This document shows, piece after piece, positions 1 through 8,392 of a stretch of 32,000 nt of DNA. Both the position numbers and the translations under genes were made by a program. The stretch covers positions 9,481 through 41,480 of the forward strand of contig JAFEAP010000030.1 of NCBI GenBank assembly GCA_018266355.1. The letters run 5' to 3'. Source of the DNA: Bdellovibrionales bacterium (lineage in GTDB: Bacteria > Bdellovibrionota > UBA1018). Position 1 is the stretch's first letter. Each line of letters opens with the position of its first letter. A model generated the notes under the pieces. That model made no database searches, was not told the DNA's origin, and saw nothing but the letters and a program-made list of their open reading frames with translations.

Positions 1-517
1 CGGGATTGCGGCGCCACGCGCGGAGCGATCGATTGAACGCGACCGGCGACTCGTCGGAAAACGTTCCGGCGGCGAAGCGGATCCTTCCGGGCGCGAGTCC
101 CTCGAGCGCGGCTCGGACGGCCTCGACGCCCGCGGCGACGTAGGCTTCGGCGACCGTCGGGATGAAACCGCCGACCGAGAGCGCGTAAAGCACGTCGGCC
201 GCGAACCCGCCCGGGGCGCTATGCGTGTGGGTCGCGGAAAGGATCAGTTCCTCGCGCGCGAGCCCCGTGCGCTTCCGGATCTCGGCGCGCAGCACCTCGG
301 TGACGAATCCCGTTTCGAGACAAAGCATCACGACGCGTTTCCCGTTCGGGGCGGAGATCGCGATCGCGCGGGCGTAAAGCGGCGTGGCCGCGCCCCGGGC
401 GACGTGTTCGTTATCCCCCCACCCGAGCATCGTCACGCCGCGAACCGGCACGCGGATCTCGCGTCGAGCGGCGCCGATCGAAAACAGGTCGCGCGAATCG
501 GACGCGGAAGCGCTCAT
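1..517 (-). CDS. Neutral/alkaline non-lysosomal ceramidase-like protein, N-terminal part (truncated at left edge)
   Basis: Minus-frame read from ATG at 517: MSASASDSRDLFSIGAARREIRVPVRRGVTMLGWGDNEHVARG...CLETGFVTEVL...ILSATHTHSAPGGFAADV...VAFNRSLRAWRRNP; the SATHTHSAPGG and FNRSxxAxxxNP motifs are typical of the neutral ceramidase family. Start overlaps the upstream gene stop (ATGA at 514-517). Confidence 0.8.
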   Translation of the reverse strand, partial: MSASASDSRDLFSIGAARREIRVPVRGVTMLGWGDNEHVARGAATPLYARAIAISAPNGKRVVMLCLETGFVTEVLRAEIRKRTGLAREELILSATHTHSAPGGFAADVLYALSVGGFIPTVAEAYVAAGVEAVRAALEGLAPGRIRFAAGTFSDESPVAFNRSLRAWRRNP

Positions 518-1797
518 GCGAAAAAACTCCGAAGCTGATCGTTCAGGAAAACGCCCTTCGGATCGAGCTTCGCGCGGATTTCCTTGAACGCTTCCCATTT
601 CGGATAAAGCGCTCCGAGTTCTTTTCCGGTCAGGGTGTGCATCTTCCCCCAGTGCGGACGGCCGCCGTGGTTCCGGAAGATCGCCTCCGCGCGCCGGAAG
701 TAATCGGCATGCGGCATTCCCTTGTAGGAGTGGACGGCGATATACGCGGAATCTCGGCCGTGAGCCGGCGAGAGAAAGATGTCGTCGCCCTTCACGAACC
801 GGCACTCGATCGGGAAATGCACCCGCACGCGGTCGCGTTCGATCATCGCCATCAGTTCGCGGACGACGTCGGACATCCGTTCTGCCGGAACCGAGTATTC
901 CATTTCCTGGAAGCGCACGAGCCGCGGCATGCGGAAGATCCGGTGCGACCAATCGCGCTTCGTCGCCCCGCCCACGCCCCATCCGCAGATCTTCGCCACG
1001 ATCGGCGTCGCGCCGGGGATCCACCGGCTCGCCTCGCTCAGGAGCTTGAACACGCCGTTCTCGAGGACGAGGTCGTTCAGGAACTGTCCGAAATGCGAGG
1101 AAGGGTTTTCCTCGGTGACGTTCACCTCCTTCGTCTGGGCGACGTCGGTGTACGGGAACGTGAAGAACTCGAAGTTCCGGTTCTCGCGCGCGCGGCGATC
1201 GAGGTCGGAGAGGCAGGCGCTCGCGGACTCCTTCCGCTGCACGAGCTTCAATTTGTACGCGGGTACCGTGCGGAGCCGGACCTGCGTGAGGATACCGAGC
1301 GCGCCGAGCGAGACCTGGGCCGCGCGGAAGAGATCGCCGTCGGCCGCCGTCAGGTCGCGCGCTTCGCCGTCGGCGGTGACGAGGCGAAGGCCGGTGAGCT
1401 GGGTCGAGACGGATCCGAAGGCCTTTCCCGTGCCGTGGGTCCCCGTCGAAACGGTGCCCGCGATCGACTGCCGATCGATGTCGCCGAGGTTCTCGAGCCC
1501 GCGCCCGAGTCCGTGCAGGAGGTCGTTCAACTTCCAGAGTTTCGTGCCCGCCCAGGCCGTGATCTGCCCGTCGTCGCGCGTTTCGACGATGCCCTGGAGT
1601 CCGTCGAGCGAGACGAGCCGATCCTCGGTGCGGATCAGCGGGCTGAACGAATGGCCGCTGCCGATCACGCGGATCCGTCCGCCGCCTCGGTTCACTTCGG
1701 CGACCATCGCGCGGAGCGCGGACTCGGTTTCGGGAACCTCGTAGGCGGCCGGCTCGAATCGAACCGCTCCGGACCAGTTTTGGATCTGCTTCGTCAT
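514..1797 (-). CDS. FAD-linked D-arabinono-1,4-lactone oxidase / L-gulonolactone oxidase-like oxidoreductase
   Basis: 427-aa ORF; N-terminal FAD-binding PCMH-type motif GSGHSFSPL, SIAGTVSTGTHGTG, and C-terminal ALO-type GRPHWGKMHTL...LDPKGVFLND. Confidence 0.88.
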   Translation of the reverse strand: MTKQIQNWSGAVRFEPAAYEVPETESALRAMVAEVNRGGGRIRVIGSGHSFSPLIRTEDRLVSLDGLQGIVETRDDGQITAWAGTKLWKLNDLLHGLGRGLENLGDIDRQSIAGTVSTGTHGTGKAFGSVSTQLTGLRLVTADGEARDLTAADGDLFRAAQVSLGALGILTQVRLRTVPAYKLKLVQRKESASACLSDLDRRARENRNFEFFTFPYTDVAQTKEVNVTEENPSSHFGQFLNDLVLENGVFKLLSEASRWIPGATPIVAKICGWGVGGATKRDWSHRIFRMPRLVRFQEMEYSVPAERMSDVVRELMAMIERDRVRVHFPIECRFVKGDDIFLSPAHGRDSAYIAVHSYKGMPHADYFRRAEAIFRNHGGRPHWGKMHTLTGKELGALYPKWEAFKEIRAKLDPKGVFLNDQLRSFFA

Positions 1798-1809
1798 CTT
1801 CTCCCCCGC

Positions 1810-2997
1810 CTACCCGAAGTTCCGGCCTTCGCCGCGATACGTGAGCACCGTCTCCGCGACGCGTTCCCCCTGGACGAGGTGGATCGAATCGAAGCGCTCG
1901 CAGAGCTCCCCCGCTTTCGCGTGCCGGAAGAAAACCGAATCGCCGATCTTCAGCGCCGCCGCGCCGTGCCCACCGACCGGCGTTTGGACCTCGCCGGCGC
2001 CTTCGTGCGGGAAAAGTTCGAGGTCCGGGGGCAGGAACGGAGTCGGAAGCTTCGCCTTCCCCGCCGCGCCGGAAGCGACGTAACCGCCGCCGAAACACGT
2101 CGCGATCCCGCGCTCGGGCTTGCGAGTCACGGCGAGCGCGAAACCGGCGGCGGGTTCGCCGCGGAACGCGCGGTAGCCGTCGAAAAGCGTCGGCGAGAAA
2201 AGACCGCTGCCGGCGGCGAGTTCGGTCACCGAGTCGTCCGTCCGGGTCCGTTCGAAACTCCCGGTCCCCCCGCCGTTCACGAAACGCGGCGAGAATCCCG
2301 CGGCGCGGATTGCGGAGACGAGCGACGACCGGCGGGCCGCCACCCTCGACCAGGTCCATCGCTTCAGGAAACGCGCCGGCGCCGAAAGATCGTCCACGCC
2401 CGCGATTTGGGCCTCGTAACCCATCACTCCGTCGAGCGTGAGGAGCGGCAGATCGGCGAGCGCGGAGAGCATCGCGCGGACGCGGTCGACGTCGTTCAGC
2501 CACGAACGGTGCACGCCGAAGTGAAGGCCGGGCAGCCGCACGGAAAGGTCCAAGTCGAACGCGATCGGAAAGACGACCGCGTGCGCGTTCGCCGCCGCGG
2601 CGAGGATCTTCAGGTGCTCGGGCCGATCGACCATGAGGGTGATCTCCGCGCCTTTCTTCAGCGCGGCCGCCGTCTCGGCGAGTTCGGCTTCTTCCGTCGC
2701 GGGATAGGCGACGACGATGTCGCGGATGCCTTGGCTCGCGAGGAAGACCGCCTCCGAGGCGCGGTACGCGAGCACGCCGGCGTAACCCGGAATCGCGAGC
2801 ACGCGTTTCAAGAGCGCGACGCTCCGGACGGATTTGCTCGCGACGCGGATCGGGAGCTTTCCCGCCCGCGCCCGAAGCGCGTGCGCGTTCCGATCGAAGA
2901 GATCGAGGTCGACGTAAGCGAACGGGCGCCCCCGCCCGCGGAAAACCCGGGAGTAGCGCGCGTACCGTGCTTCGAGGCTTTCGACCGGATCGTTCAT
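1810..2997 (-). CDS. D-threonine aldolase / alanine racemase N-terminal-like PLP enzyme (amino acid deaminase/aldolase-like)
   Basis: 395-aa ORF with PFAYVDLDLFDRN...LPIRVASKSVRS PLP-Lys motif and C-terminal GGGYVASG...EVQTPVGG...GDSVFFRHAKAGELCERF, a D-TA-type metal/C-terminal domain. Confidence 0.82.
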   Translation of the reverse strand: MNDPVESLEARYARYSRVFRGRGRPFAYVDLDLFDRNAHALRARAGKLPIRVASKSVRSVALLKRVLAIPGYAGVLAYRASEAVFLASQGIRDIVVAYPATEEAELAETAAALKKGAEITLMVDRPEHLKILAAAANAHAVVFPIAFDLDLSVRLPGLHFGVHRSWLNDVDRVRAMLSALADLPLLTLDGVMGYEAQIAGVDDLSAPARFLKRWTWSRVAARRSSLVSAIRAAGFSPRFVNGGGTGSFERTRTDDSVTELAAGSGLFSPTLFDGYRAFRGEPAAGFALAVTRKPERGIATCFGGGYVASGAAGKAKLPTPFLPPDLELFPHEGAGEVQTPVGGHGAAALKIGDSVFFRHAKAGELCERFDSIHLVQGERVAETVLTYRGEGRNFG

Positions 2998-3001
2998 CGC
3001 A

Positions 3002-5050
3002 TCACGGCTTCTTCAAGGCGACGTCGATTTTCTCGGCTCCCGCCGGATCGACCTTCACCGGGAAACTCACGCTCGCGATCTCGCAAACGGCGTTCTTGCC
3101 GTCCATGCAGAAGTAGAACGTCCCCTGGAGCGTGTAGGCCATGCCCGTCTTGAGTCCTTCCGGAGAAAGAACGGTCGTCTTCACGAGATCTTCGCGTTTC
3201 CACTCCTGCTTCAGCTTTTCCTTCGGCGGCTCGCCCTCGAAAAGCCGTGCGTAAGACGGACCTTCCTCGTTCAGGTGGTATCCCTCGGGAAGGACCACCC
3301 GGATCGTCGGATTCGTCCGATTCACCACCGCTTCCGGGGTCTCGATCCGGTTCGGCAGACGCACCGAGATCCGTTTCGAGGCGGCGACCGTGGCGGAAGC
3401 ACCGGCTGCGGAACCCGGAGTTCCGGTCTCGACCGCTTTTTCCCCGTCCACCCGCATGCGTTCGACCTGGTTCGTCGTGCGGTTCCAAAGCACGAGCCGG
3501 TGGTTGTTCGTGTCGGAGATCGCGAACATCCCGTCGGCCAGCCGCTCGATTCCCGAAGGTTCGTTCAAGCGCGCCTTCGCGGCCTCGACGGGACCTTCGT
3601 CGCCGCTCGCGCCGGGTTTCCCGTCGCCGATCACCGTCTCGAGGGTTTGTTTCGGCGGGTCGTAGCGGCGAATCGCGTGGTTATACGTGTCCGCGACGAA
3701 GATGCCCGTCACGTCGGCGAAGAGCGCGAGCGGGTGCTGGAGCTTCGCTTTTTTCCGTTCGCCGTCCTTGAATCCGAAGTCGAAGAGGCCCGAGCCGACG
3801 AGCGTACGCACGTAGCCCTCGAAATAGAACCGGAGCGAACTCGATTCGGCGTCGACGAAATAGAGGGAGCCGAGCAGGGAGCTGAGACCGCTCGGTTGGG
3901 CGAGGGTGTTCTTGTCCCCCTGCACGCCGTCGTCGATCGCCTCCACGCCGTTCCCGGCGATCACGTTCATCCGCTTCGATTTCAAGTCGAGCGACCAGAG
4001 CTCGTGAAGCCCCGCCATCGCGATCACGAGGTGATCGTCGTCGGGATGGAAGGCCACGTCCCACGGCGAGGCGAGCGGAGTCGAGAGCGCGGGCATCCCC
4101 TTCCCGTTCTTCGGGAGCGATCCCTGCGTGCCGGTGCCGGCGACGGTCGATACCGTTCTCGACTTCAAATCGATCTTCCGGACGGCGTGGTTCCCGGTAT
4201 CGGCGACGTAGAGCACTCCCTTGCCGACGGCGATTCCCTGCGGAAGGCGGAAGCGCGCTGAGGAATAACTTCCGTTCTTGAAACCGGCGTCGCCCGATTT
4301 ACCGATGCGGAAAGCGGGTTTCAGCTTCGTCGGCTCGGAGGCGTTCCAGGTGTAAGCCGCGATTTGGTGATGGCTCGAATCGGCGACGTAGAGCGTCTTC
4401 GCCTTTTCGTCGAACGCGATCTTCGACGGATAGAAAAATTCACCCTTCGCGACTTTATCCCGCTCTAGTTCGATCGGGAGGTTCGCTTTCGCGCGTTTCG
4501 GAAACGCCTTCATCGTCTCCTTGATCGCCTTCCGAAGCTCGGCGGTGTGACCCTCGCCGATGAACGTCTTCGCGACCTCGCCGTCGGGTTTCAGGAGTAC
4601 GAGCGTCGGCCAGGAACGCACGTCGAAAGCGCGCCAGATCCGGAAGTCTCGATCGTTCACCACCGGATGTCCGACGCCGTAGCGGAGGATCGCCTGGCGG
4701 ATCTGGTCGGTGTCTTTTTCGGTGTCGAATTTCGCCGAGTGCACGCCGATCACGACGAGGTCCTGCTTGAACTCCTTCTCGAGTTTCGCGAGTTCGGGAA
4801 TCGTCTGCATGCAGTTCACGCAGCAGTAGGTCCAGAAATCGAGGAGGACGATCTTGTCGCGCAAGTCTTCGACGGTGAGCGGACGCGAGACGTTCAACCA
4901 CTGGGTGCCCGGCGTAGCGATCGTGAAATGCGTGGTCGGCGGGATATACGGGCGCTCCGGCGCGTCTTCCGCGCGCGAAAACGACGAGGGAATCGCAAGG
5001 ACAAGAGCGATCAGACCGAAGCCCGACATCCATTTCGAAGCTTTTCTCAT
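3002..5050 (-). CDS. Secreted thioredoxin-like / NHL-repeat protein (NHLRC2-like)
   Basis: 682-aa ORF; signal-peptide-like N-terminus, thioredoxin-fold segment DKIVLLDFWTYCCVNCMQTIPELAKLEKEF, then repeated NHL blades (FRLPQGIAVGKGVLYVADTGNHAVRKID, NEPSGIERLADGMFAISDTNNHRLVL). Confidence 0.88.
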   Translation of the reverse strand: MRKASKWMSGFGLIALVLAIPSSFSRAEDAPERPYIPPTTHFTIATPGTQWLNVSRPLTVEDLRDKIVLLDFWTYCCVNCMQTIPELAKLEKEFKQDLVVIGVHSAKFDTEKDTDQIRQAILRYGVGHPVVNDRDFRIWRAFDVRSWPTLVLLKPDGEVAKTFIGEGHTAELRKAIKETMKAFPKRAKANLPIELERDKVAKGEFFYPSKIAFDEKAKTLYVADSSHHQIAAYTWNASEPTKLKPAFRIGKSGDAGFKNGSYSSARFRLPQGIAVGKGVLYVADTGNHAVRKIDLKSRTVSTVAGTGTQGSLPKNGKGMPALSTPLASPWDVAFHPDDDHLVIAMAGLHELWSLDLKSKRMNVIAGNGVEAIDDGVQGDKNTLAQPSGLSSLLGSLYFVDAESSSLRFYFEGYVRTLVGSGLFDFGFKDGERKKAKLQHPLALFADVTGIFVADTYNHAIRRYDPPKQTLETVIGDGKPGASGDEGPVEAAKARLNEPSGIERLADGMFAISDTNNHRLVLWNRTTNQVERMRVDGEKAVETGTPGSAAGASATVAASKRISVRLPNRIETPEAVVNRTNPTIRVVLPEGYHLNEEGPSYARLFEGEPPKEKLKQEWKREDLVKTTVLSPEGLKTGMAYTLQGTFYFCMDGKNAVCEIASVSFPVKVDPAGAEKIDVALKKP

Positions 5051-5052
5051 GG

Positions 5053-5082
5053 CCCTATTTTAGGGAACTTCGGCCCTAAGGG
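5053..5082. promoter_or_regulatory. Candidate operator/promoter: two CCCT..AGGG palindromes, with a -10-like TAAAAT on the minus strand
   Basis: CCCTA-TTT-TAGGG (5053-5065) and CCCT-A-AGGG (5074-5082) in the intergenic space between divergent genes; minus-strand TAAAAT at 5062..5057 lies 6 nt before the ATG at 5050. Confidence 0.35.
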
Positions 5083-5150
5083 AAACCCTCGATTTCGTTA
5101 GGAGATTATGGATTTTATCGCGGCTTTCAGGGACACTAAACCCGATCCTT

Positions 5151-6329
5151 ATGGTGGCCCAATTCCTCGGTGCTCTTTACGCAGCGGGAATCATCCTGGG
5201 AGGGGCGCTTCGCTTCTTCCCGATCTTTCCGCCCATGCGACCGCTCTGGCTCCTTCAGCTCACGGTGAGCGAGCTCGGGCTCCTTCTCGCCGTGCCGCTC
5301 GTCTTCATGGCGTTCCTCACCGCCCGTCGCCGCGACACGTTCTCGCCGATCTCCATCCTTTCCCCGATCGCGCTCGTCCTCGCGCTGCTTCCGATCTTCG
5401 AGACGATCGGGCAGGAACGGAACTGGGTTTGGAACCTCGACTACGGTCCGGGGCGTGACGCGAAGGTCGATGCCGGCCTCGGATCCCCGTACCTCGGCCC
5501 CCTCGCTCACCCTCTTTTCCGCTTCATGGACTTCTTTCAGGTCCCGATCCATCCCCTCGCGATCCGTGAGGATTTCGAAACTTCGGACGGCGCGAAACTT
5601 CCGATCTACGTCTACCTCTCGGCCGCTGGAAAGGGAGGCGCGCCTCGCCCCTGGATCCTCTCGATCCACGGGGGCGGATGGTCGAGCGGCGATCCGAGGG
5701 ACCTCGACCAGACCTATCAGGATCTCCTCGAGGCCGGATATAACGTCGTCGCCCCGAGCTATCGTTTCGCGCCGACCTACGCTTGGCCCCGTCAAGAAGC
5801 CGACATCGAAACCGCTTATCAGTACGCGATAGCGAACGCGGCACGCTTCTCGCTCGACCCGAAGCAAGTCTGGCTCCTCGGACGTTCCGCCGGAGGTCAG
5901 ATCGCGTTGAAGGTCGCCTACGCGTCGAAGGTCGTCACCGGCGTGCGCGGCGTGATCGCGCTCTACTCCCCGACCGACCTCGACTTCGGATACCGGTGGG
6001 CCGAAGAGCCCGACGTTTTGAACTCTCGCCAGCTCCTGCGCGACTTGATCGGAACGACCCCGGATGTCGGAGCGGAAAAATACCGGGACGCCTCCCCGCT
6101 CGCCGACGTCGGCCCGAATTCGCCGCCGACGCTCCTCCTCACCGGGCGCGCGGATCCGCTCGTGTGGTACCGGCACGCGGACCGGCTCGCCGACGCGCTC
6201 AAGGCGGCGAAAGTCCGCGTCGTCCGCCTCGAACTCCCGTGGGCGACCCACGGATTCGATTATTTCCCGAATTCGCCCGGCGGTCAGATCGCGCGAAACG
6301 CGATCCTCCGCTTCATGTCCAGTAAGTAG
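5151..6329 (+). CDS. Alpha/beta hydrolase fold esterase/lipase (HSL/BD-FAE-like) with N-terminal transmembrane region
   Basis: 392-aa ORF; oxyanion motif SIHGGGW, nucleophile elbow LLGRSAGGQ, late Asp in TGRADPLV, late His in ATHGFDYF; hydrophobic N-terminal segments. Confidence 0.85.
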   Translation: MVAQFLGALYAAGIILGGALRFFPIFPPMRPLWLLQLTVSELGLLLAVPLVFMAFLTARRRDTFSPISILSPIALVLALLPIFETIGQERNWVWNLDYGPGRDAKVDAGLGSPYLGPLAHPLFRFMDFFQVPIHPLAIREDFETSDGAKLPIYVYLSAAGKGGAPRPWILSIHGGGWSSGDPRDLDQTYQDLLEAGYNVVAPSYRFAPTYAWPRQEADIETAYQYAIANAARFSLDPKQVWLLGRSAGGQIALKVAYASKVVTGVRGVIALYSPTDLDFGYRWAEEPDVLNSRQLLRDLIGTTPDVGAEKYRDASPLADVGPNSPPTLLLTGRADPLVWYRHADRLADALKAAKVRVVRLELPWATHGFDYFPNSPGGQIARNAILRFMSSK

Positions 6330-6330
6330 G

Positions 6331-8373
6331 CTACTGGTTCCCCGAACGGGCGAACTTGAACGGGAAGGTGAACGTCACCGTTCCGCCCTGCGGAACCGGG
6401 AAGTCGATCCGGCGAAGCACGCCGAGCACGCAGCGCTCGACGTTCGCGTTCCCCATCGACGAGCTCTTGATCCCCGCGTCGGTGATCCGCCCCGAGGAGC
6501 CGATGACCGAAGTCGTGGTGATCGTGCCCGCGAGGTTCGGAAGACCCGCGTTCACTTCCTTCTCGTAGCAATACCGGAACGCGTCCTTATGCGCTTCGAT
6601 CGCGGCCGCGATGGCCGACGTGTCCATCGACCCGGTCACGACGCCTTCGCCGTCCCCGCCGAGGCGGAGCGCGACGCGCGAGCCGCCGCCGATGATTCCC
6701 GTGCCCTTGCCCGCGGCGCCCAAGCCCGTGCCGACCCGACCTCCGCCGCGGCCCTTGTCCGCGAGACCGCCGAGCCCCTCGGCGTCGCCGCCGCCGCCCT
6801 TGCCCTCGCCCGAGAGCGCCTGACCGCCCTTACCGAGGGTCGAGAAGTTTCCGAATCCCTGCAGTTCCGAGCCGCCCGTACCGAGCTTCGCGTTCGTGTT
6901 GCCGAGGATGTTCCCGACCGACGTCACGGCGCCCTTCAGAAGGTCGACGTTCCCTTGGTCCTGGACTTGGGAACTGCCGCCGCCCGCGCCCTTGCCGCCT
7001 TGGGGCGAGGGGCGTTTCGCATGCTGTTGGTGCGTCTTCGACGGGGCGGCGTGCTTGTCGCCGCGTTGGCCCTCGGCCCCCTTGGCTTTCGCACCGGCGC
7101 CTTCCTTCGCTTCGTTCTGCCGTTTCGCGCCCGGACCGCCCTTGACGTTCTTGTCCGAAACGTTCTTGTTCACTTCGATCGTCTTCGCCGGTTCCTTCTT
7201 CTTCGTCGGCTGGACTTCGACCTTCACGTTCTTCGGCGGTTCTTTCTTCGGTTCCGGTTCCGGCTTCGTCGGCGCCTTCTCCTCGACCTTCGGTTCCGGC
7301 GGCGCGATCTCCTTCGGTTTCGGGATATTCACCGTCGGCTGGTAGATGATCGTCGCGAGCCGCTCCGGGAGCTGCTCGACTTCGATGTTGTCGTTCAAAT
7401 GCACGTTCATCGCCGCGAAAATCAGGGCGAGCGTGAGCGCGAGCGAACCGAACATCACGTTCCGGAAGAACGGATCCCGCTCGAGCAGCCGGCGAGCCTT
7501 CAGGCGCGGCGGAGCGGCGGTGTACGAGAAATAGAAGTCGACTTCGCCGAGCTTGATCTTCGCGAACTCGTTCTTCCCGAGATTAAGCGTCCGCGAGCCG
7601 GTCACCTGCCCGAACTGCTCGAGCGACATCAGCTGGCCGGAGCGCTGGATCACGCCCTTCATGCTCGGATCGAGGGAGATCTGGTAGCCGTCACCGCCGC
7701 GTACGGCGATCGGATAGAGCGAACTCGAAAGCGTCGACGGGATCGCGAAGTCGGCCGCGCGGTCCGCGCCGACGGTGACGTCGGCGTCGTTCACGAAGTG
7801 TTCGACGTCGAGGATCGTCGAGGACCAGGACATGACGACTTCGAGCGCCTGCTTCGAGGTCGGGCGATAGTCGAAGATCTCGTACACGTCGCGCTCGTCC
7901 TGAAGGTTCAGCGGCGCGAGGTCTTCCTTCTCGTCGGCGATCAACTTTCCGTAAGAGGTTTCGCGCACGCGGTCCGTCGTTTTGATCGCGTTCGGATCTT
8001 CTACGGCGAAACGCAGCCGGAACCGGCCGATCGTGATTTCGTCGCCGGTCTTGATCGAGGCCGTGACGTGCTTCGTTCCGTTGATGAAGACGCCGGTATC
8101 GGACGCGAGGTCGAAGATCATCGCGCGCGGGCTGCCGCTCGCCTCCGTCGAGATCTCGATGACGGCGTGGATCGGGGAGACCCCGTCGCCGTGGAGGTGA
8201 ACGTCGGCCGAGACGACCGAACCGAGGACGATGCGATCCTTGTGGAGGCGATAAATCCGCCCCGCGCTCGGCGCGATCTGGCTGAACACGACCAAGTGCC
8301 GCGGCGTTCCCGTCGGCACGGGGATCGCGGAGGGATTCGGGGTGGAAGTCGGTTTCGTCGGGGTATCGCTCAT
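6331..8373 (-). CDS. FHA-domain protein with TM segment, Pro/Lys/Glu-rich TonB-like linker and AgmX/PglI-type C-terminal domain (GltG/GltJ-like)
   Basis: 680-aa ORF; FHA-like region (DRIVLGSVVSADVHLHGDGVSPIHAVIE...DTGVFINGTK...IKTGDEITIGRFRLRF), TM near NVMFGSLALTLALIFAAM, PKPKEIAPPEPKVEEKAPTKPEPEPKKEPP linker, C-terminal YCYEKEVNAGLPNLAGTITTTSVIGSSGRI...NANVERCVLGVLRRIDFPVPQGGTVTFTFPFKF. Confidence 0.82.
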   Translation of the reverse strand: MSDTPTKPTSTPNPSAIPVPTGTPRHLVVFSQIAPSAGRIYRLHKDRIVLGSVVSADVHLHGDGVSPIHAVIEISTEASGSPRAMIFDLASDTGVFINGTKHVTASIKTGDEITIGRFRLRFAVEDPNAIKTTDRVRETSYGKLIADEKEDLAPLNLQDERDVYEIFDYRPTSKQALEVVMSWSSTILDVEHFVNDADVTVGADRAADFAIPSTLSSSLYPIAVRGGDGYQISLDPSMKGVIQRSGQLMSLEQFGQVTGSRTLNLGKNEFAKIKLGEVDFYFSYTAAPPRLKARRLLERDPFFRNVMFGSLALTLALIFAAMNVHLNDNIEVEQLPERLATIIYQPTVNIPKPKEIAPPEPKVEEKAPTKPEPEPKKEPPKNVKVEVQPTKKKEPAKTIEVNKNVSDKNVKGGPGAKRQNEAKEGAGAKAKGAEGQRGDKHAAPSKTHQQHAKRPSPQGGKGAGGGSSQVQDQGNVDLLKGAVTSVGNILGNTNAKLGTGGSELQGFGNFSTLGKGGQALSGEGKGGGGDAEGLGGLADKGRGGGRVGTGLGAAGKGTGIIGGGSRVALRLGGDGEGVVTGSMDTSAIAAAIEAHKDAFRYCYEKEVNAGLPNLAGTITTTSVIGSSGRITDAGIKSSSMGNANVERCVLGVLRRIDFPVPQGGTVTFTFPFKFARSGNQ

Positions 8374-8392
8374 GTTCGTTCCTCTGCCGTCC

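Noticed and set aside
637-3153. 838-aa plus-strand ORF antisense to the FAD oxidase and D-TA-like genes
   Set aside because: Arg/His/Asp-rich composition typical of GC-rich antisense frames; the minus strand carries recognisable conserved proteins.
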